A stretch of DNA of 64,000 nucleotides, from assembly GCA_950097015.1 (NCBI GenBank), contig CATNEN010000009.1, positions 1,364,001-1,428,000 of the forward strand, read 5' to 3'. The stretch comes from Macrostomum hystrix (lineage: Eukaryota > Animalia > Platyhelminthes). Within the stretch, counting starts at the first letter, position 1; each line of letters starts with the position of its first letter. This document shows, one piece after another, positions 54,056 through 64,000 of this stretch. A program made the translations under genes and the position numbers. The notes beneath the pieces were generated by a model. It had not been told where the DNA came from, ran no database searches, and worked only from the letters and a program-made list of their open reading frames with translations.

Positions 54056-54973
54056 GATATGTATCCAGTATCCCTAACTTGAAACGGGCAAACGGACGAG
54101 GTCAGAAAATTTATTGATTATTGATTCGTTCGCTCGTTTAATTCTGTTTGTCTATGGTTGTGTTATAGTTCTGTGTTATAGTTTATTTATTTGCATCGAT
54201 GCACTAGTGCAAATAAATGAAAAGCTTAAAAACATAGAAAACTGCCCGGCGCAAGTGGGGGATACATTAGTGTTTTCTTATCCGATCAAGTATAAGATTT
54301 TCGCTACGTCAGTATTCAGGAGTTAGCCAATACTCAGTGCACACACAGTGGCTGTTGGGATCTTTCTAAGCGTAAAATTTGCTAACAAATGTAAAACTCT
54401 GTGATGAAGCTTTGTAATTAGTAAATTGTTAAAAAGGGTTGGTGATTGGCACTCGGGTGATTTGGTCCAGAGGCGGGTGGGGTGGATGAATCATACTCTA
54501 CTATAATCTCCCTCAAACTCTGGTTTGCTTATAAGTTAATTCTTGTCCTTCTTGTCCTTGTTCGTTTATTCAGTGCTCAATGTCGGCGTTAAAATTTAAC
54601 TGGTTAAATTTTGCAGAGTAAATTTAGTAAACTCTTATAATGAACATGTCTTCTCAACAAGAAACAAGTGCGGTTGACAATTCCCACAATCTGTGTTGGA
54701 CTCTTTAGCTGAATTTCTGCTGCCATTCTTCCGAATTGGGAGCGAGTGCGAGTCGCTGGCATCTCCATACAAGATTAATCTCGAAAGAAATGAGGTGCAA
54801 CATATTTATTTGAACTCACACATTCAATTCACTATTGTAAGCATACTCATGGAGCTGCTAATCTAATTAATCAGTGAGTTATCAATACACAGTCATAAAC
54901 AATTGCGAATTGATAATCGCTAAGAAAAAAATAATCAGAGGCGTCAGAGCACAAGTATTTGAGTTTGCTGCCT

Positions 54974-57900
54974 TCAGAACAGCAGCAGAGTGATCAGCCA
55001 GGCTAGAAAAATGATCAGCATGCCAGTTAGGAACACGACAAACAGCAGGCGAACAAGTTTATACTTGGCCTTCTCCAGAATTTCTTTTTCTTCTACGCTG
55101 TCCGAGGCCATCGTTTCTGCAATGTGAATGGGCGTTGATTGGTTGAGAAGTTTTTTATAAGGCCGTCAAAACTCCCTGCTGCCTATTCCTCACGCGCAAT
55201 TAATCACAAAGGAGCTAGCATGAAGGATAAGGAAAATATAATTATAAAATTGAAAATTAAAAATAAAAAACACGTGACCCAATCCGGTCGGGTATAATCA
55301 AAAGTATTGAACTGAAGCACAATCGAATTAAATTTCTAGCTCATGAACACAGATTCGCGAGTCTAACATCCGAACTGCGGCTAATTTTTAGATGTGTAGC
55401 AGTTTTTCACTATTTAAATGCAAACTCGCGAACTCACTGTTACCAAATCGCGCCAACAGAATGCTTAAGCCGATCCTGAATGAGATGTGGAAAGCCAGCC
55501 AAGTGAAGGCGAACACAGTGTGCGAGGTTCGGTAGGACTGAGGCAGCACGTACAGGAAGCCGATGGTGATGATGGTAGCATCTGAAGTGAATTTATTGTA
55601 TGGATACTGGATTCATCGGATCATTCTTTCACGAGCAATATTGAAACTAGGTCAATATACTCTACTGGCTACTAATGAGTAAAATCGAACGCAGAAAGCA
55701 GTCATTAATTTCTGTCCTGTGTGGTCAATATTTCGAGAAGGGTAATTGTATACTTATCACGGGATTAGATTTACCAGTCAGGCTGAGGGCAGAGTTGGCC
55801 ACAGCCTGGTGAGCGATCTTAAAAAGCGGTCGCCTCGGCGAGTCCTTGTCGGGCCGCAGCGCGCCCATCAGAATCTGTACAGCCGCCAGGCAGATCACAG
55901 TTAGCCCCATTGCGCCGTGGGTCTGGGTTGTGGCGTAGGTCTGGCGAGGAATGGGAGGTGCGATTTGAAGGCGACAGCTTCTCAAGGCTGAATGGCACCA
56001 GCTTCCTTAGTAGCTAAAAGGTTTGCTTCTAACCAGATGCCGGGACCACTGACTATTTTGAGCATCTTTTGTGAATACGTGTACATACACGTAGGTAAAT
56101 GCTAAGATTCTTACTCAGGTCTTTGTTACAAGAGTTCTTTCACATCTCATCTAAGCACGTGGGGATTTATTGTGAGCTTAAAAGAACTGCTTGCTGAAAG
56201 GTACTAGGATTTTTAGGATACCATTGCGACACCCTAGTATGGTTTCTGAGGTTCCAAAAATCACATAATACAGGCCGCAAATCAGCATGCGACTGAAAGG
56301 ACTCACAAAGCTCCACTTCCAGCCGAATTCGGCAAGGATGAGCAGCACGCCAGCGAGGGACAAAGCGAAACCGCCAAGCGCGGCGCCTCGGTGCAGCTGG
56401 AAATTGCCGATCCGGGGTTACCGGGCTGTATAGGAACTAACCTAGATTTACCCTCACTGAGAGAAAGGGTTAATTTCTATCAAAAGTACAAGGACCAACG
56501 GTCTGCCGTACATGAAACCAGAGCTGCACGCCGCTGAGGCTCTTCATGAACAGGCAGCGGTAGAAAAGCGCCAGGTTGGCGCCCAGAGGCACCAGGAGCT
56601 GCCATGCGGCCAGCATGAGGCTGCCGTGGGCGCGCCTGAGGCGACTGATTCGGTGAGCCGAATATGAGTCACGTCTGAGCAGGTTCACCGGGCTGTCAGA
56701 GATGGCCGGCATCTCGGAGTGCTGCCGCACGCTGTTGCTACCTGTGTGGAGCGTAGCAGGCGGTTACAACTTGACTGCTGCGTGAAGCTGTGTCCGCAGA
56801 CATTCAATTCCGATGAATGTCTGCGTACAATCTCCTACACACAATAATGAAATGCAAAGGGTGTTAGTGCGGTACATCGACTAGCAGGTTTTCATCTAAG
56901 TACCTGACCTGTAGTTTTGCTTAGTTTGCATTGCTTCATCGGTAGCTGCATCGGACCAAAACGCTAAACCAGCAATAGCTTCCTATGCACAGATTTAGGC
57001 ATTGTTGGTGTGATTGTGGCGATGTGCAATATGTATATTTGTTGAAAAATGTTAGTTTTTCATTTGTTTCTTCTAAATGATTGTCTGCATAAATTTACCG
57101 TGTTGCAACTCTGGTTGCAGTTCTGTAGTTCTGTGTGCTTGTGTGCAATGTACTTTTCTGCCATCACCGATGCCATTTTATATCCAGTATTGTTTTCCAA
57201 ACTGACTGTCATCTGCGGGTCATCGTTTCTTCAGGTACTTTGTCGGGGTAGCCTCTGTGTCCAGAAGGGGTAGCTGCTTGGCAGTCATCCCGACTATGCG
57301 AAAGCAACAGAGCTATACATTATCTGAACAACGCGAACCGCAGCAGTGAAGCAGGGGCAAGTTAGAGCTTAGCGATGCAATTTGCTACAGGTTTATCCAT
57401 TGATACGCATGATGCATATGCCCAATTGTTTTAGCGTCGCATAAATCAGACTAAATTATTCAGCAGCTATTTGCTGGCAATCAACTAATGCTTGCATCTA
57501 TGATGGAGCATTGCTATTTGAGATCAACTGAAGCAGGGTGCTATTGCTCTAAGTTTCATTTCAAGTTTATTTTCATTTTAACTATGCGCTCGTACTTCCC
57601 TTTGTACAAGCGTTTACGCTGAACAGCAGAAACAAGTACATAGTTCAAAGCTTCTACGCAGACAGAAAAAACATTCTTTCATGACATGTCAAGCGATTCG
57701 ATACCCGCTTCATTCGATACCCGCTTCATTCGATACCCACTTCATTCGATACCCACTTCATTCGATACCCACTTCATTCGATACCTACTTCACTCGATAC
57801 CCACTTCATTCGATACCCACTTCATTCGATACCTACTTCATTCGATACCCACTTCATTCGATACCCACTTGATTCAGTATATTCAGGGCAAAAAACTGGA

Positions 57901-60900
57901 CTTTTCACAATCACAACTCGGAAGGACAGTGCTATAATTGAAAGCAAGTACAAGAAGTAAATTTAATATCCTCTTCGATTCGTTCGGTGTCTAAGCTTTT
58001 TCAAAATTATGTCCCCCGACGTTTTCTCGATGATTTGTTGACGGTCTCGGAGTCGCCTACTCAAATGGAGAGACGCACTCAGCCAGCGCTCCGAAGTAAG
58101 TGCTTGAGGTTTCCAAGTCATCATTTAGCTGATTCTGCAACGAAAACAATGCAGCAAAATTTTCTTTGCCGTTCTGTGCGTTGTTCGGTTCTCCTTCGCT
58201 CCACAGGCCGGGGTTGATGGGGATGTTGCACGCAGTCCAGAACCAGCCTCCAGCAGGCTCAGCGCTCCCAGCCAGCTGCCGTCCACCGAGTATGACACGA
58301 GTCCAGTTGTACTTCCAGGTCAGGTTCCTCAGGTGGGCCATCTCAGACAGATCCGTCACGTCAGCCATGATGACGAGGCCTGGCAGCGAGTCGATCGCAG
58401 CCTTGCTGGTGTTCCAGTCGGTGAAGTTCCTCAGCAGCTTGTAGCTGGTGCCACAGAAGCTGTCGTCGAATCCTGCAGGACACAGGGCGCCATCGGGCAG
58501 TCCCGGCTGCCTCTTGACGAACACGGAGCCGGTGCGGTTGCAGCTGCACGAGTCTCTCACGGCCTTGCTGCACCGGTCGAACACAAACAGCCGACACGGA
58601 CCGTCCGACACGCTGAAGGCCTGGCAGCGGTCTCGGTAGTCGCACAGCTGAGCACAGTGCCTCTGGCTCTGAGCCTCCGAGTGCGTCTCGGTGAAGCTGC
58701 TAGCGATGCACAGCGAGCCCGTCAGCTCCGAGAAGCTGCTGGCGGCCGCTGCGGCCACTGCAGCCACCAGGACAAGCATGGCTTGGGCGGCTCTCATTCT
58801 AGTTTTCTGTTCCATCTGCTGCTCCGATTGCAGGGCTGTTTTTGCATCTTTCTACAGAGGGGCTCTGCATCTAAGCTACTGCAGAACCCAATTAAAAGGA
58901 AACTACCAATGAGAGCTGCTCCAAAATTCATTCCTCATTTAGCCTCATCTCATGCTGAATTGGGAACGAAAAAGTTTTTTCCTGTCTATTTAGTTTCCTC
59001 CTGCCTGCAGCTTAGACGACAGGACAGCACTTTTTGTTTCAATCCTTTCGGCCGTACTTGAGTGGAACTCAATAGAGTCACATTCTCAACATTCTCAACA
59101 TTCTCAGAGTCACAACTCAGAGCTTCCCTTCATGCATAATGCACGCTGAACTTCTGGGCTTCTTGTCTTCAAAAATGTCGGCTGAGTTCAGTCTTCCCTG
59201 TGGACTTCATTTTTCAGTGCCGATTTGAATCGCTTCAATGCTATGGCTCTGACACCTATCAGCCGTTTCTCATTGGGTGGCGTCCGAAATTTTTTGCTTG
59301 AAGTACATTTCGAAAAGACACGATGCATCCATCATAATCATAAACAGGGGTTGAAGTATTCGCCGGGTCGCAGGGGTCGCCAAAAAGGCTAAATTGAAAG
59401 GGCTTAAGTCCAGAAGATAGTTTATTAGAAGCTAAAAGCTCATTGGCATGGATTCGAGTTAGGAGGCGTATGGCTCACCTGGGTAGGTCCTGCCGTAAGC
59501 GATGAACACGTATCGGGGATTGCGCAGGTCGAAGCTCCTCACAATGGGAGGCGTGGAGGACTGTCGCGGGTTCGCATAAGTGCTGATATTCACAATCAGC
59601 GGCAGGGTGAACTCGCAGCGAATTCGGCCCCCGCTGAGAAACTCGATGTACTTCTCCTGCATGGGCGTCTGGAACGGTTGGGCGGGAGTCATGGAAACTA
59701 AATCTAGAACCTGAATCCCTGACGATTGACAAGATCTGGATGATTTGCTATGAAAGCGCCGACACAGACAAAGGCAATGCCAAGGAGGCTCACCCAGCGG
59801 TGCCTCTCATTGAGGCGCTTGTAGTTGGGATTGTACCCCAGCTGCATGCTGTAGCTCTCGGCGGCCGTACAGGTCAGCGTGAGGTCGTCCGACTGAAACA
59901 AGGAGTCCGTATTCGGGAAAATTATTTTGTCTAGGAAAATTGCGGAGCTGAATCAAATCACGGCAAATAATGTTTATAGGCTATGATTTATTACCCTCTA
60001 CTGTAAAATATCAATGAGCTTGTAGCCCTGCGGGTATAGAGCTTTGGACTTGCGACCGGGAGGTCGGGAGTTCAAATCTTAGCCGGAGGAAAGCAATTCG
60101 TGTCGCGAATGTGAAACGGGTATCGGCCCGGGGTAGCTACTCTACTAACAGTAGCTAAAACGCTTAACAGTATAAAGACCAAGGGGTTGCTTCAAATACA
60201 GAATCTAACTCAGGCAGTATCTAACTCAGACAGAATCTAACTCAGGCAGTATCTAACTCAGGCAGTATCTAACTCAGGCAGTATCTAACTCAGACAGTAT
60301 CTAACTCAGACAGTATCTAACTCAGGCAGTATCTAACTCAGACAGTATCTAACTCAGGCAGTATCTAACTCAGGCAGTATCTAACTCAGGCAGAATCTAA
60401 CTCAGGCAGTATCTAACTCAGACAGTATCTAACTCAGGCAGTATCTAACTCAGGCAGAATCTAACTCAGGCAGTATCTAACTCAGGCAGTATCTAACTCA
60501 GGCAGTAGCTAACTCAGGCAGTATCTAACTCAGACAGTATCTAACTCAGGCAGTATCTAACTCAGACAGTATCTAACTCAGGCAGTATCTAACTCAGGCA
60601 GTATCTAACTCAGGCAGTATCTAACTCAGACAGTATCTAACTCAGGCAGTATCTAACTCAGACAGTATCTAACTCAGGCAGTATCTAACTCAGGCAGTAT
60701 CTAACTCAGACAGTATCTAACTCAGGCAGTATCTAACTCAGGCAGTATCTAACTCAGGCAGTATCTAACTCAGGCAGTATCTAACTCAGACAGAATCTAA
60801 CTCAGGCAGTATCTAACTCAGGCAGTATCTAACTCAGGCAGTATCTAACTCAGACAGAATCTAACTCAGGCAGTATCTAACTCAGGCAGTATCTAACTCA

Positions 60901-62962
60901 GGCAGTATCTAACTCAGACAGTATCTAACTCAGGCAGTATCTAACTCAGACAGTATCTAACTCAGGCAGTATCTAACTCAGGCAGTATCTAACTCAGACA
61001 GTATCTAACTCAGGCAGTATCTAACTCAGACAGAATCTAACTCAGGCAGTATCTAACTCAGACAGAATCTAACTCAGACAGTATCTAACTCAGACAGAAT
61101 CTAACTCAGGCAGTATCTAACTCAGGCAGTATCTAACTCAGACAGTATCTAACTCAGACAGTATCTAACTCAGACAGTATCTAACTCAGACAGTAGCACA
61201 ACTCACGAGCCTCACCATCTTGTCATCGTCAGAGAGTCCCACAGAGATGTAGCTGCCGAGGGCGTGCATGACCAGCCGCAGGCGGCCCTCAGCCTCAAGG
61301 TGCTGGAAGCGCAGCAGCACCTCACAATTTTCCAAATCGCACAGGGCTGGCGAGCGAACGCAGCCGAAGTCGGTGCCGCAGGAGCCGCCAAGCGGACTGG
61401 GGGACTCGCCGATGTTCATCGGTGGAAACGGCGGGTCGGCGCTGGGCACGGCTGCCGTCAGCACGCCGGAGGTAACGTTCGACCAGAAGGTGCTGAAAGA
61501 CTGCACCACTGGAGTGCTGTTCAATAGATTTGAGCAAGGCTAGAGCTCAGCTTTGAGCATTGTTCCTAAAATATTCAATTTGACTGGCTCAACTAGCCGG
61601 GTTGGAAGCTGCCGAACTCACCTGAAAGCTACGTCGCCCACAGATCTCGGCGGTGCGATCCACCTGGCGGTGATTTCGCTCACTGGGATGCCCTCGTGAG
61701 TCAGGCAGTTCTGAAGTTTTTCAATTATTCACTGCATGGGACTGCTTAGGGCCAGAATAAACAGAATTATAATAATTAAAGGAGGGCTGTGGCATATCAT
61801 TTGGTGACACCTGACCCGCAGCCAGCGAGAAGGCAATTATTCTGCCTGAGCACACACGCACACATTACTACTGTGCGCAGGCACACGCTCACATATCCAG
61901 TGTGTACATCTGGCCGGACTCTCATCGTCAGGCAGTCTTTCACTGCGCCTTGGAGGTTGGCCCTGTCACTCAATTCTCAAGGACCGGAGTTAAAAGTACA
62001 AAGGAGTATTTTGACAAGCTCACCGGCTGGCTGGCATTCTGGCTATACCAGAATCTGCCGAGGGCGTTGCTGGGAACCTGGAAGCCGCCAACGAGCTCTT
62101 CCGTGTCGCCGTGGATTCTGTGCGCTGCCAGAGCAAAGCCCAGGAAATTCTGACCACTGACAGATCTGAGGGTCACTGTAAGGTGCAAGTACGCTTCATC
62201 AGCTGTGCATTAAATATTGTATTGAATGGACTCAAATGCAGAAAAGCAGCCCAGATTCACAGGGTGAGGGACTCGATCGGTCTGCGTTGAATTACCCAGA
62301 TTAATGCTTAATCCTGCTTAATGCTTAGTGCTTAATGCTTAATGCTTAGTGCTTAATGCTTAAGCGTTTGCCTCTCGCGACTCGCACCTAGCTGGATTCC
62401 ACGGCGAGGCCACATTCATTTGGGGCGGAGAGAAGGCTTGGCGGCTTGTCGTGCAATTTCCGCCCTTGAGGACCCACCTCAAAGGCGCAGTGAGAGTGTA
62501 CACTGCCTCACGATAAGAAAGTCAGGGCAGATGCACCCTGTGTGAGTGTGTGCTCAGGAGTCAGCGGAATAGGCAGAATTGCCTCCTCGCTGGCTGCAGG
62601 TCTACTGTCACCAAATGATGCGCCATTGCCCACAGCCCTCCTGCAATTATTACTGTTATCCCCAGACCAGGCAAACACGAGGTCGGTTGCACGAGGACAA
62701 TACCAGGTTAATTGTCGCAATAATAATTTCGCGGCTGCTCACCTTGAATGACATCGCCTGGAGCGTACTGGCTGGGGCTAAAGGTCAGCTCGAATGGCGG
62801 CGGCGAGGTCTGCGGTTCGAAGCCGTGGAAGGGCACCAGGTTGCTGCACCTGTGGCTGGGGGCGCCATCGGGAAACGCAGCCGCCAGGTGCAGCGAAGCC
62901 AAGGCCAGCAGCAGCAGCTGAGGCAGTCGAAGCCGAGAAGGGCACTGTACTCCGAGTCCCAT
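54974..62962 (-). CDS. FRRS1: Reeler-DOMON-cytochrome b561 protein (ferric-chelate reductase 1-like), ~11 exons
   Basis: Signal peptide + Reeler (exons 62962-62743, 62175-62024, 61710-61622: FPDGAP..C..P.HG, CLTH..WIAP). Reeler end/DOMON start 61516-61216 (VVQSFSTFW, CGTDFGC, YISVGLSDDDKM). DOMON ~59890-59800 and ~59700-59479. b561 exons from 56741 (RAHGSLMLAAW), ~56400 (LHR), ~55950 (THGAMG..RP..RPLF..AH), ~55580, and a last exon ending TGA 54976-54974. FRRS1-like by architecture only. Confidence 0.85.
57694..57870 (+). repeat. 16-bp tandem repeat TTCATTCGATACCCAC (intronic)
   Basis: About 10-11 units. Confidence 0.9.
58057..58815 (-). CDS. Secreted PAN/apple + C-type lectin domain protein, intronless, nested in an intron of the FRRS1-like gene
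   Basis: Hydrophobic signal, CAQLC..RCQAFSV..CRL (PAN), CPAGF, WNTS, ILGG, GWFW, WSEGEPNN..EN, LND, AEC (CTLD). Confidence 0.85.
   Translation of the reverse strand: MEQKTRMRAAQAMLVLVAAVAAAAASSFSELTGSLCIASSFTETHSEAQSQRHCAQLCDYRDRCQAFSVSDGPCRLFVFDRCSKAVRDSCSCNRTGSVFVKRQPGLPDGALCPAGFDDSFCGTSYKLLRNFTDWNTSKAAIDSLPGLVIMADVTDLSEMAHLRNLTWKYNWTRVILGGRQLAGSAEPAGGWFWTACNIPINPGLWSEGEPNNAQNGKENFAALFSLQNQLNDDLETSSTYFGALAECVSPFE
60197..61196 (+). repeat. 16-bp satellite (GTATCTAACTCAGGCA)n, ~60 units, intronic
   Basis: Near-perfect units with G/A and T/A variants. Confidence 0.97.
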
Positions 62963-64000
62963 TTCTTGTGTTCCCTGAGTCAGCGACCGCCAAACACAAT
63001 TTAGAGCGATGCTTGCCCTCTCTGATTTAATTCGGCTATGAACCCAAGGCCAAATAGTATGAGGAGAGGCGAGCTAAGAGATTAGAGGTCACCAGAGATA
63101 AGAGGCTGCAGGGTTGAAGCAAGAGTGCACCGCAATGTGTCGGCGGAATACCCTTATCAGGTATTGCTGTAACCAAGTTTGCCATGGCGACAACGACCAC
63201 GACACTAACAACTGCAGCAGCCTGCAGTTCGTGTTAACTCCTGGCTCACAGGGCTAACTCAGTGCAGCTTTGCCTGCTCACATGCCACTACTCATAGCAC
63301 AGTAGAGCATATTTGGTGACTCACAGTTCAGTCTGCAAAGTTCAGGCTATCTAAGGCTATAAGAACCTGGCGCTCGATGTCAAACAGGGGCGAGCGTCAT
63401 GAAAATATTCTAAAAATAGTTCCGCAGCACCGAGTATACACCTAGCTGATCCCTAGCTGCGCGTGACTGGAGAAGCCCGCGGTAAATTTCTTGAGGCGTT
63501 GAGGTCGCAAAACTGACTCATTTTCTAACGCTTTTCTATCGCTTCGAGGCTAATCTAACGTGGCTGTTGACAGGTGCAACTACGATTTCAATGGGCTCAT
63601 ATTGACGCAACGGCAAACTTGTGATGCAGAACCATTTCACTCATTGACACCCAACCCATTTGGGCTCCATGCACAGCCCCTGGCACACCTGTTGAGTCCG
63701 TGGACTGGCGTGCCAGACGCCAAACCCGCCAAGGAAGGGAAGCTTGTGAAAATGCCTGCTCTGACAATTCAAACAACGCCAACGGCCAAAGGCTGAAGCA
63801 GAGGCGTCATTAAGCTAATTATGTATTTGACAAGGCAGGTGTGAATAATATATAACAAATAGTACTTAAGGGACGCGATAAATGCCGGGCGAACTAACTG
63901 TACAAAGAAGACGCGCGGTGTATGCACGCTGATAACAGGGGCGGCGGCGCGCGCTTTGATCTCTGCAACAAGGCCTGCTGTATGCTAATGTACATATTAC

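Noticed and set aside
58166-59061. Plus-strand 242-aa and shorter ORFs over the lectin gene
   Set aside because: GC-rich antisense shadows; the minus frame has the recognisable domains.
63560-63796. 78-aa plus-strand ORF with a possible acceptor at ~63570
   Set aside because: No recognisable domain or partner exon in the window; cannot be supported.

Overview
Eukaryotic (animal) genomic DNA with GT-AG introns; the gene style suggests a flatworm-like invertebrate, but the taxon cannot be fixed from sequence alone. About 1-51.2 kb is a mosaic of internally duplicated, AT-rich modules that look like one large unclassified mobile element or tandem partial copies of one. It carries a 3-exon zinc-finger/tyrosine-recombinase gene (36421-39491, -), a 2-exon SF3 (NS1/Rep-like) helicase gene (10875-13608, +), a recombinase-less zinc-finger paralogue, several small paralogous ORF families, arrays of ~96-105 bp units built on TTTTCGCGAAAA palindromes, and a duplicated long-hairpin cassette. 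No capsid, PolB or RepHel gene was recognised. Four insertions are nested in it: a solo LTR, an intact DD34D mariner, an intact EnSpm/CACTA-like element and an RTE-X/L2-like LINE whose ORF1 carries an intact AlkB-family dioxygenase domain. After ~51.2 kb come a P-element-like remnant, small repeats and a host Reeler-DOMON-cytochrome b561 (FRRS1-like) gene on the minus strand, with an intronless PAN + C-type-lectin gene nested in one intron. All domain calls are motif recognition by eye; no database search was run.
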